64,000 nucleotides of DNA, from NCBI GenBank assembly GCA_010909165.1, contig VJWM01000063.1:496001-560000 (forward strand), in the 5' to 3' direction. A program made the translations under genes and the position numbers. The notes under the pieces are model-generated. The model saw nothing but the letters and a program-made list of their open reading frames with translations, was not told where the DNA came from and ran no database searches. This DNA comes from Anthoceros angustus. Taxonomy: Eukaryota > Plantae > Anthocerotophyta. Every line of letters begins with the position of its first letter. The first letter of the stretch is position 1. Of this stretch, positions 11,045-21,000 are shown one piece after another.

Positions 11045-12680
11045 GATGGCATGGCACTGCGGGAAATGGGAATTGCATCGCCATCGCCATGGATGTGAAA
11101 AACTAGACTAGAGACAATCGCTTTGTTATCTCTCTCATTATTTGTTCGCCGCGTGCGCGGTTAGGAAGTTGGTAATGCGATTTCACAACCAACGCGAATC
11201 GCAAATCACAAATCGCAAATCGCATATCCAGTGGAGGGGCGAGCGTCAGCACTTGGCCAATTTCAGGAAGGACCTGAGACGCTGGAAGAGAGCGTGTGCA
11301 CGTGGACAATTGCAGGGTGACAGCAGGCCGAGTAGCCGCCGCGGAACGTCCAGCCGCGTTCCGTCGACGAAACGCCCAGTTTCCGACACGGAAACAGCTT
11401 AAGAGTCACGCGTGGGCGTAGCCTCCTTCATTTGTACTCGGGGCTGATGGTTGCACCTTTCCGGAGCTTAGACGCTGAGATATTGGTTGCAGGCGCTCCG
11501 GCAGCGCGCTTGCCGGCCATGGGAACTGATAGCCTAGCCTGATTCGCTGTGGCGGCCAACCATGGCTGCCGTGGTGCGTATCGGCAACTCCGTTTGATGC
11601 TTGAGTGCGTTTGCCTGTCAGGCTGACGCCAACCCTGGCTGCCATGGTGCGTATCGGCAACTCCGTTTGATGCTTGAGTGCGTTTGCCTGTCAGGCTGAC
11701 ATTTCGGCCTCTTGATTGCCAGTGGAGTAACCCGGGGCCATGGGGACTGCTAGCCTAGCCTGATTCGCTGTGGCGGCCAACCATGGCTGCCGTGGTGCGT
11801 ATCGGCAACTCCGTTTGATGCTTGAGTGCGTTTGCCTGTCAGGCTGACATTTCGGCCTCTTGATTGCCAGTGAGTAACCCGGGGCCATGGGGACTGCTGG
11901 GCCCAGCCTGATTCGCTGTGGCGGCCAACCATGGCTGCCGTGGTGCGTATCGGCAACTCCGTTTGATGCTTGAGTGCGTTTGCCTGTCAGGCTGACATTT
12001 CGGCCTATTGATTGCCAGTGGAGTAACCCGGGGCCGAACACCGCTGCCGCGCGGATTGGCAGGAACCTGCCCTGCACTGCCCTGGATTGGCAGGAACCTG
12101 CCCTGCGGTGCGTATCGGCAACTCTGTTTGATGCTTGAGTGCATTTGCCTGTCAGGCTGACATTTCGGCGTCTTGATTGCCAGTGGAGTAACCCGGGGCC
12201 GAACACCGCTGCCGCGCGGATTGGCAGAAACTCTCCCTGCACTGCACTGCACTGCACTGCACTCTGCGGTGCGTATCGGCAACTCTGTTTGATGCTTGAG
12301 TGCATTTGCCTGTCAGGCTGACATTTCGGCGTCTTGATTGCCAGTGGAGTAACCTGGGCCGAACACCGCTACCGCGCGGGGGCTTGGCTTATTACTGTCA
12401 CACATGTCTTGAGCATCAGCAAGGAACGAGGGCGAAAGACTTGGAAGCGGATTGGCAGGAAGGCGGACCAGGTGTGTGCCGTGTCTTTGATGAAGTGTGT
12501 TTGATTCTTCGGTGCATTTCAGTGTCACGCCCACGCTTCGCGGTCGTGATTGCAGGACTGGTGCCGCGGGCTCTTGGTTGCACACCTGAGCTTGAGCAAG
12601 GAGCACGCAAGGATCCTGGCAGGGAGCTCGCGTGGGAGCTACTAGCGGATTGGATTATGTGATTCCGTGTGGATATTGTA
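11045..12680. repeat. Segmental duplication, partial copy 3
   Basis: Repeats the 6760-7990 portion (TCACAAATCGCAAATCGC block, repeat array, promoter-like block) and breaks off after GGATATT into PPR sequence. Confidence 0.88.
11515..12375. repeat. Modular tandem repeat array, 6 cores
   Basis: Same core at ~11572 (partial), 11646, 11792, 11941, 12105, 12268. Confidence 0.92.
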
Positions 12681-12689
12681 TCAAGTTCT

Positions 12690-13485
12690 GGGTACCCAAG
12701 TTTTGGAGGAGGGGAAGCAGCTTCATGCGCAAATCAGAGAACGGGGCCATGAAGCTGATGCTTTTGTAGCCAACATTTTGGTGAACATGTATGCAAAGTG
12801 TGGCAGCGTAAAAGACTCCCAGTGAGTTTTAATGTGCTTGGACGACTGGGTGTGGTGACTTGGAATGCCCTGATAGACGGGTGTTCCCAGCAGAGCGTGG
12901 GGCAGGAAGCCTTTCATCTCTACAGGAAGATGTCAGCAGAAGGCATGGCCTGACCTATTTCTGTGACATTTGTTTGCCTCCTGCAGGCATGTGCAAGTTA
13001 AGGCAGCTCAGCCTTGGAGAAGGGGAAGCAGCATCATGCTCAAATTAGAGAACAATAATCTCAAGATGATGTGTTTGTGGCCAACAGTTTGGTCAACATG
13101 TATGCTAAGTGTGGCAGCCTGGGAGATGCTCAGAGACTGTGTAACGGACTTGGTCAAAAGAATGTGGTGAGAAAGCTGCCCAGAATGTTGATGGACTTGG
13201 TCACAAAAATGTGGCGACCTGGAACGACCATGATAGCAGGGTATTCGCAGCAGGGCATGGGGCAGGAAGCACTTCATATGTAGACTGGCATGCAAGACGA
13301 AGGCATGGCTGCACCCATTTCTGTGACATTTATGTGCCTTGTACAGGCATGTGCAACTGTGGGCACCTCAGCTTTGAAAACGGGGAAGCAGCTTCATGGA
13401 AAAATCAGAGAACACGTACATGAAGCTGATATGTTTGTCGCTAACAGTCTGGTCAACATGTGTGCCAGCGTGGCAGCCTGTGTGG
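12690..13485 (+). pseudogene. PLS-class PPR pseudogene fragment
   Basis: Repeated motifs GKQLHAQIRERGHEADAFVANILVNMYAKCGS, FVANSLVNMYAKCGSLGDA, TMIAGYSQQGMGQEAL, MQDEGMAAPISVTFMCLVQACA; stops and frameshifts; runs into the satellite. Confidence 0.88.
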
Positions 13486-14386
13486 CAGGGCAGGGCAGGG
13501 CAGGGCAGGGCAGGGCAGGGCAGGGCAGGGCAGGGCAGGGCAGGGCAGGGCAGGGCAGGGCAGGGCAGGGCAGGGCAGGGCAGGGCAGGGCAGGGCAGGG
13601 CAGGGCAGGGCAGGGTGGGGCAGGCAGGGCAGGGCAGGGCAGGCAGGGCAGGGCAGGCAGGGCAGGGCAGGGCAGGGCAGGGCAGGGCAGGGCAGGCAGG
13701 GCAGGGCAGGCAGGGCAGGGCAGGGCAGGGCAGGGCAGGGCAGGGCAGGGCAGGGCAGGGCAGGGCAGGGCAGGGGCAGCAGGGCAGGCAGGGCAGGGGC
13801 AGCAGGCAGGGCAGGGCAGGCAGGGCAGGGCAGGGCAGGGCAGGGCAGGGCAGGCAGGGCAGGGCAGGGCAGGGCAGGGCAGGGCAGGGCAGGGCAGGGC
13901 AGGGCAGGGCAGGGCAGGGCAGGGCAGGGCAGGGCAGGGCAGGGCAGGGCAGGGCAGGGCAGGGCAGGGCAGGGCAGGGCAGGGCAGGGCAGGCAGGGCA
14001 GGCAGGGGCAGCAGGGCAGGCAGGGCGCAGGGCAGGGGCAGCAGGGCAGGGCAGGGCAGGCAGGGCAGGGCAGGGCAGGGCAGGAGCAGGGCAGGGCAGG
14101 CAGGGCAGGGCAGGGCAGGCAGGGCAGGGCAGGGCAGGGCAGGGCAGGGCAGGCAGCAGGGCAGCAGGGCAGGGCAGGGCAGGGCAGGGCAGGGCAGGGC
14201 AGGCAGGGCAGGGCAGGCAGGGCAGGGCAGGGCAGGGCAGGGCAGGGCAGGGCAGGGCAGGGCAGGGCAGGGCGCAGGCAGGGCAGGGCAGGGCGCAGGG
14301 CAGGGCAGGGCAGGGCAGGGCAGGCAGGGCAGGGCAGGGCAGGGCAGGGCAGGGCAGGGCAGGGCAGGGCAGGGCAGGGCAGGCAG
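13486..14386 (+). repeat. (GGGCA/GCAGG)n pentanucleotide satellite, ~900 bp (about 180 units)
   Basis: Directly visible tandem GCAGG with occasional GCAG/GCAGGG variants. Confidence 0.98.
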
Positions 14387-14640
14387 GGCCTTCGACAGGC
14401 AGGGCCTTCGACAGGGCAGGGCCTTCGAGGCAGCTGCTGCAGGCAGGGCCTTCGACAGGGCAAGGCAGGGCAGGGCCTTCGAGGCAGCTGCTGCAGGCAG
14501 GGCCTTCGACAGGGCAGGGCAGGGCCTTCGGCAGGCAGGGCCTTCGAGGCAGCTGCTGCAGGCAGGGCCTTCGACAGGGCAGGGCCTTCGACAGGGCAGG
14601 GCCTTCGAGGCAGCTGCTGCAGGTGCAGCTGCCTCGAAGG
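14387..14640 (+). repeat. Derived minisatellite: GCAGGGCCTTCGACAGG and GCCTTCGAGGCAGCTGCTGCAG modules
   Basis: Tandem 15-30 bp modules; mirrored in reverse complement at 16377-16570. Confidence 0.9.
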
Positions 14641-14788
14641 CTCCTTCACTAAACTGCCTGCACTGGCTTGAGGTCGAGGGCGGGGGAATAGCGGGAATGG
14701 CGCCACCGCTCCCTGCTCTTCCCAGTCCACAGCTGCAGGCTGCCTCGAAGGCTCCTGCTGCAGGTGCAGCTGCTTGAAGGCTCCTTTG

Positions 14789-14890
14789 ATACGAAGTAGC
14801 AAACTACGCTGCAAAACTAGTTTGCTGCAAACATAGTTTTGCAGCGTGGAGAGAGGGCATAGGTTTGCAGCGTCGTTTGCTATATCGTAT
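14789..14890. mobile_element. ~100-bp hairpin/MITE-like insertion
   Basis: Outer inverted repeat ATACGA..TAGCAAACTACGCTGCAAAACTA / TAGGTTTGCAGCGTCGTTTGCTA..TCGTAT; inner palindrome ACGCTGCAAAACTA-GTTTGC-T-GCAAAC-A-TAGTTTTGCAGCGT; TA flanks the GCAAAC...GTTTGC core; absent from the paralogous block at ~18060. Confidence 0.5.
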
Positions 14891-15196
14891 TAAACACACT
14901 TCATCAGCTCACACACACGCTAGCTCACTGCTCGCTGAGCTCGCTGCTCACTGCTCACGGGCTCGTGGCTCAGCAAGGGCGAGGGCGAAAGGCTTGGAAC
15001 CTCGCAGGAAGGCGGACCAGGTGTGTGCCGTGTCTTTGATGAAGTGTGTTTGATTCTTCGGTGCATTTCAGTGTCACCTAAACTTCACGGTGTTGATCGC
15101 AGGACTGGTGCTGCGGGCTCTTGGTTGCGCACCTGAGCTTGATCAAGGAGCACGCAAGCGGCCTGGCAGGGAGCGCGCGTGGGAGCTACTAGCGAA

Positions 15197-15820
15197 ATGG
15201 ATTATGTGATTCCGTGTGGATATTCTACCATTAGTGAGCGACTACCAAACCTCCGTTCCTGCCAGTGGCCGAATATTCATGTTCAATCGCCTGGGCGGGT
15301 TTCCTCTCCAGATGAAGTCCAAGCGGACAATGCATATATTCCGAATGCAACAGCTCGCGACATTCAAGTTCAAAGTGTCGCCACGGACATGGCTACATGG
15401 ATAGGAAGTGGAGTGGCGGGACGAGGTGAATTTGTCGCGATCGACATCGAGGATTGGATCGGACCTGAAGTGGAGACACAGGTGGAGAGTGGCCATAGAG
15501 TGCCAGCAAATCAGTTGGGCCAGGTAAAAGACACTGAGGTTAAGGATCTAATTAAAGTGGCAGGACTGATTGTTACACTTGGTGTTACGTTGTTACAAGG
15601 AGCGGCGGTACATGACAATGCTTCAACCAGATTTTGGTTGGTCTGCTTTCCGTGGGTCTTTTTCATTACAGTTCTTTTCGCATTCGGCTTGGTCATTTTG
15701 CTTTTCCATGACGGAACACTTCTATGTGCTGGAACTCTTGGCAATTGGATGCGATTGGTCATGATAGCAGTTATGGCTTTTGCCTTGTCGACGTGGGTAT
15801 ATTTTGTGCAAAGCAAGTGA
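15197..15820 (+). CDS. Uncharacterised 207-aa protein, polar N-terminus plus three predicted C-terminal TM helices
   Basis: ATG at 15197 (MDYVIPCGYS...), single open frame to TGA. Hydrophobic segments VAGLIVTLGVTLLQGA, FWLVCFPWVFFITVLFAFGLVILLF and WMRLVMIAVMAFALSTWVYFV. Several paralogous fragments in the window. Confidence 0.6.
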   Translation: MDYVIPCGYSTISERLPNLRSCQWPNIHVQSPGRVSSPDEVQADNAYIPNATARDIQVQSVATDMATWIGSGVAGRGEFVAIDIEDWIGPEVETQVESGHRVPANQLGQVKDTEVKDLIKVAGLIVTLGVTLLQGAAVHDNASTRFWLVCFPWVFFITVLFAFGLVILLFHDGTLLCAGTLGNWMRLVMIAVMAFALSTWVYFVQSK

Positions 15821-16087
15821 TGGTAGGAAGGGTCCAAGCCTGTTAGTAGTATGTCAAATTATAGATTAGAAACATTTGTTTTGTCTACCTCTGTTGTGTG
15901 TGTCGCCGCGTGCGCGGTTCTTTATGACTTGATTTATGTTTCACATCATCCATTCCGCTAGTAGCTCCCACGCGCGCTCCCTGCCAGGGAAGGTGAGCTC
16001 TGAGCTGAGCCACGAGCCCGTGAGCAGTGAGCAGCGAGCCCAGCGAGCAGTGAGCTAGCGTGTGTGTGAGCTGATGAAGTGTGTTTA

Positions 16088-16189
16088 ATACGATATAGCA
16101 AACGACGCTGCAAAACTATGCCCTCTCTCCACGCTGCAAAACTATGTTTGCAGCAAACTAGTTTTGCAGCGTAGTTTGCTACTTCGTAT
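16088..16189. mobile_element. Second (inverted) copy of the ~100-bp hairpin/MITE-like sequence
   Basis: Reverse complement of 14789-14890 within the right palindrome arm. Confidence 0.5.
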
Positions 16190-16376
16190 CAAAGGAGCCT
16201 TCAAGCAGCTACACCTGCAGCAGGAGCCTTCGAGGCAGCCTGCAGCTGTGGACTGGGAAGAGCAGGGAGCGGTGGCGCCATTCCCGCTATTCCCCCGCCC
16301 TCGACCTCAAGCCAGTGCAGGCAGTTTAGTGAAGGAGCCTTCGAGGCAGCTGCACCTGCAGCAGCTGCCTCGAAGG

Positions 16377-17053
16377 CCCCTGTCGAAGGCCCTGCCCTGT
16401 CGAAGGCCCTGCCCTGTCGAAGGCCCTGCCCTGCCCTGTCGAAGGCCCTGCCCTGTCGAAGGCCCTGCCCTGTCGAAGGCCCTGCCCTGTCGAAGGCCCT
16501 GCCCTGTCGAAGGCCCTGCCCTGTCGAAGGCCCTGCCCTGTCGAAGGCCCTGCCCTGTCGAAGGCCCTGCCCTGCCCTGCCCTGCCCTGCCCTGCCCTGC
16601 CCTGCCCTGCCCTGCCCTGCCCTGCCCTGCCCTGCCCTGCCCTGCCCTGCCCTGCCCTGCCCTGCCCTGCCTGCCCTGCCCTGCCCTGCCCTGCCCTGCC
16701 CTGCCTGCCCTGCCCTGCCCTGCCCTGCCCTGCCCTCCTGCCTGCCCTGCCCTGCCCTGCCCTGTCGAAGGCTGCCCTGCCCTGCCCTGCCCTGCCCTGC
16801 CCTGCCCTGCCCTGCCCTGCCCTGCCCTGCCCTGCCCTGCCCTGCCCTGCCCTGCCCTGCCTGCCCTGCCCTGCCCTGCCCTGCCCTGCCCTGCCCTGCC
16901 CTGCCCTGCCCTGCCCTGCCCTGCCCTGCCCTGCCCTGCCCTGCCCCTGCCCTGCCCTGCCCTGCCCTGCCCTGCCCTGCCTGCCCTGCCCTGCCCTGCC
17001 CTGCCCTGCCCTGCCCTGCCCTGCCCTGCCCTGCCCTGCCCTGCCCTGCCCTG
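16377..17053 (-). repeat. Right palindrome arm repeats: 15-bp minisatellite (16377-16570) and (CCCTG)n satellite (16571-17053, about 95 units)
   Basis: Reverse complement of the left-arm satellites. Confidence 0.97.
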
Positions 17054-17849
17054 ATTAGATCCTTGACCTTATTGTCCTTTTCCTGGTCCAACTGATTCGC
17101 TGGAACACTATGGCCACACTCTCCACCTGTGTCTCCACTTGAGGTCCGATCCGATCCCCGATGTCGATCGCGACACTTTCACCTCGTCCCGCCACTCCAC
17201 TTCCTGTCCAAGTAGCCATGTCCGTGGCGACACTTTGAACTTGAATGTCGCGATCTGTTGCATTCGGAATATATGCATTGCCAGCTTGGACTTCATATGG
17301 AGAGGAAACCCGCCCAGGCGATTGAGCCTGATTAGATCCTTAACCTCCTTTTCCTGGTCCAACTGATTCGCTGGAACACTATGGCCACTCAAGTCACTAT
17401 GCTTCAACCAAAATCTGGTTGAAGCATTGTCATGTCCCGCCGCTCCTTGTAACAACGTAACGCCAAGTGTGACAATCAGACCTGCCACTTTAATTAGATC
17501 CTTGACCTTATTGTCCTTTTCCTGGTCCAACTGATTCGCTGGAACACTATGGCCACACTCTCCACCTGTGTCTCCACTTGAGGTCCGATCCGATCCCCGA
17601 TGTCGATCGCGACACTTTCACCTCGTCCCGCCACTCCACTTCCTGTCCAAGTAGCCATGTCCGTGGCGACACTTTGAACTTGAATGTCGCGATCTGTTGC
17701 ATTCGGAATATATGCATTGCCAGCTTGGACTTCATCTGGAGAGGAAACCCGCCCAGGCGATTGAACATGAATATTCGGCCACTGGCAGGAACGGAGGTTT
17801 GCTAGTTGTCACTCATGGTAGAATATCCACACGGAATCACATAATCCAT
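17054..17849 (-). pseudogene. Minus-strand copy of the three-TM ORF family, truncated and internally duplicated
   Basis: ATG at 17849 (MDYVIPCGYSTMSD...), runs to ...GAAGHDNASTRFWLK. 17054-17325 repeats 17493-17764 (offset 439), with a third short repeat at ~17330-17388. Confidence 0.75.
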
Positions 17850-18516
17850 TCCGCTAGTAGCTCCCACGCGCGCTCCCTGCCAGGCTGCTTGCGTGCTCCT
17901 TGATCAAGCTCAAGTGTGCAACCAAGAGCCCGCGGCACCAGTCCTGCAATCAACACTCGTGAAGTGTGACACTGAAATGCACCAAACACACTTCATCAAA
18001 GACATGGCACACACCTGGTCCGCCTTCCTGCCAATCCGGTTCCAAGCCTTTCGCCCTCAAGCCAGTGAAGGAAGCCAGCGAAGGAGCCGTCGAGGCAGCT
18101 GCAGCTGCAGCTGTGGACTGGGAAGAGGAGGGAGGGGTGGCGCCATTCCAGCTATTCCCCCGCCCTCGCCCTCTATCCAGTGAAGTGAAGGAAGCCAATG
18201 AACTAAAGGAAGCCAGTGAAGGAGCCTTCAAGGCACCTGAAGCTGTGGACTGGGAAGAGGAGAGAGAAGTGGTGCCGTTCCAATTATTCCCCCGCCCTTT
18301 AACAAGCTAGTGCAGGAAGCCAGTGAAGGAGCCTTCGAGGCAGCTGCCTCGAAGGCGCGCCTTTTCCGTGCGACTGCCTTGTCTGTCAGTCACATACGAA
18401 CGCGAAGCCGTGTTTTGCCGTATTTGGCCGTGTTCTGCCCTGCCCTGCCCTGCCCTGCCCTGCCCTGTTCCAGACTGCCACACAGGCTGCCACGCTGGCA
18501 CACATGTTGACCAGAC

Positions 18517-18816
18517 GTCACGTTGCTACAAGGAGCGTCAGGAGTCCTGACGCTCATTTTGACCAACCAAATTCTGGTTGAGCCATTGTCATGTCCTGAC
18601 TCAGGACATGACAATGGCTCAACCAGAATTTGGTTGGTCTTCTTTCCGTGGGTCTTTTTCATTACAGCCCTTTGCGCGTTGGGGTTGGTCATTTTGTTTT
18701 TGCATGACGGAAAAGTTGTGAGTGATGGACCTCTCAGCACTTGGATGCGATTGGGCATGATAGCCGTTGTGGCTTTTGCCTTGTCGACGTGGGTAGACTA
18801 TATGCGAAGCAAGTGA
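18517..18816 (+). pseudogene. 5'-truncated diverged paralog of the three-TM ORF (TM region), with an in-frame 63-nt footprint insertion
   Basis: VTLLQGASG[21 aa]HDNGSTRIWLVFFPWVFFITALCALGLVILFLHDG...WMRLGMIAVVAFALSTWVDYMRSK*, same stop position as 15820. Confidence 0.72.
18533..18639. other. Hairpin-type DNA transposon excision footprint (hAT-like, inferred 8-bp TSD GTCAGGAC)
   Basis: Two perfect hairpins with 1-nt apices: GAGCGTCAGGA-G-TCCTGACGCTC (18533-18555) and 39-bp arms 18561-18599 / 18601-18639 with apex C at 18600; 5-nt filler ATTTT. Confidence 0.75.
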
Positions 18817-19529
18817 TGGCAGGAAGGCTGCAAGGCTACAAGGCTCACAGAAAGAAAGTGGCGGACAGCAATAACGATAGCGCCACAGCTTTGTAGCATT
18901 CCTGGGTAGGTGTCACCGTCCAAGCCTGTTGGTAGTATGTGAAAAAATAGACTAGAGACAATCCCTTTGTCTATCTCTCTCGTTGTGTGTGCCGCGTGCG
19001 GTTAGGAAATTGGTATTGCAATAAGGTCGAGCGACCACGATCACCGTTGCCCAAAACAAGCAGAGTCACATCCCTCCTTCCCAAAAATCAAGCCAAAACT
19101 CAAAGAAGTTGAGACCGTAGGAGGAACTGAGGCAGTTCTCAGGTTGTCAAACCGGTTGCCCGGCACACCGGATCCGGAGGATGATGGCACTCGTGCCTGC
19201 CTTAACTTGCATCACCTATCCACAGGTTGTCCCTAGTATGCAGTGTAGTGTAGTGTTGTATACAGCATTCCTGGGAAAATACAATTCTTCGTCCTTCTTC
19301 TCCCTGCGAACATATCTTCCAAGGGAGGAAAGAACTTTGAGTCAGGGCAACACACATCAAGGTCACCACATCACACAGCATGATGCATAATATAGCATGA
19401 CCAACATCGATCTACATAAACACTGAGATCACAGAGTACGCAGTCAGGCTGGGAATCAAGAATCCAGTCCTTGCAGAGCCGTGGGAGAGTCTGTTGTTGA
19501 GTGGAACGATTGGACTGGCACTGTACGCA

Positions 19530-21000
19530 TGCAGCCATAATCACCGTTGCACAATAAAATAAGAATGACATCCCTCCTCAGCTCTATCCACTTACACCAT
19601 GGCTGCAACTGACGACAAACACAAAACAGCATTCATTCTGCACTGAGATTCTAGGACATCGGCATGAATTCATACTGCACTGAGATTTGGGGCATTAGCG
19701 ACAAGCGCCCCTTGGCCAGCACGCTACGCATTGGAATCCAGTCCTTCCTGCCTAGCTTCAACAGCGCAAGCTTAGGGCCTACATACTGAGATGCAGGAAG
19801 GAATCGATACTCAACTCAACACTGGTCAACGATCGGTTAGCACAAGCTTTCCGGAGGGCTCGGCACAGTGCAAAAGTCAGCTCAGTCCAGCAATCGACTA
19901 TGGAGGTTGCCTCTTCAAGTCTTCACCACTTTCGCACAGCGCTTCCTCACAGCAGGCACCAGGCCCGCCCGATAAGCCGCGCAAGGATGAGATATTGCCG
20001 AGTTCCTGCGCAGAAGGCCGATTCACTGCTCACATGGACCTCAACAACGTGCTGCGGCAGGCGCCTTGCCACCTCACAGATGCCAGCGACGTGATGTGTC
20101 ACTCTTGTCAGAGGTAGGCCCCAAAACCCCAAAATGGGTACTGTAGTCACAAATGCGGTGACCCGGGTCAAACCCTGTAGGAAGATAGCACGATGAGCGT
20201 TTTCTGGGAGTCTTGTTCAGCACGATTGATGAATTCCTCCCTTGCAACAATTGCGGCCATAGTGCAGGAAGAAGGCATGGCACCAGTCGATTTCGTTACA
20301 TTGTTTTGTCTGGTGCAGGCATGTGCAAATGTGGCAGCCTTGAATCTGGCCAAGGCAGCTTCATGCACAGATGAAGAAGCAGGTTGTTTTGTCTGGCGCA
20401 GGCATGTGCAAATGTGGCAGCCTTGAATCTGGCCAAGGAAGCTTTATGCACAGATGAAGAAGCAGGTTGTTTTGTCTGGTGCAGGCATGTGAAAATGTGG
20501 CAGCCTGGATCTGACCAAGGCAGCTGTAAAGCAGGGCTTCAAGCTGATATGCTTGTACACCAAGGGAGGACACAAAAGAGGTCTCTCACTTGGTTCTCAG
20601 ATTGTGAGAGAGTGGCATACTGCATTCTGCCATACAGCCAAACAGCATCGCTTTCTCTTGTGTATTAGCAGGCCTCGCGAAATAAGGGTTGAGGAGATGA
20701 GCAGAGAGTTTTTTTTTGTATATCGATTTATGAGCAGACAGTATGTGAGCAGAGAGTTTTTTTTGTAGATCGATTTATGAGCAGACTGTATGTATAGCAT
20801 GGCATTACTCCTACTGCTGCGCTCTCATGCATGGTGGATCTCCTGGGTCGTGCAGGACATCTGGATGAGGCACTATCGATAGTAAGGACAATGCCTGTTG
20901 CACCTGATGCAGTTTGTAATACTCTGGTGGGTGCTTGTCTAAAGTGGAGCAATGTGGAGGTGCGTCGCCGTGGTTTTGATGGAGCAGCCAATTGTCGGTC
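19530..21000. repeat. Diverged direct duplication, paralogous to 23660-24950
   Basis: Shared blocks, e.g. GACGACAAACACAAAACAGCATTCAT (~19612, ~23675) and CAGTCCTTCCTGCCTAGCTTCAAC, then the PPR L2/S2/E region. Confidence 0.8.

Noticed and set aside
2900-12375. CRISPR-like repeat-spacer appearance
   Set aside because: Eukaryotic context, repeat ~95 bp, linkers recur rather than being unique, and no cas genes.
13290-14814. 400-495 aa ORFs of (GQGRA)n / (PCPAL)n
   Set aside because: Stop-free translations of the GCAGG satellite in all frames; there is no evidence they are genes. The same applies to 16164-17091.
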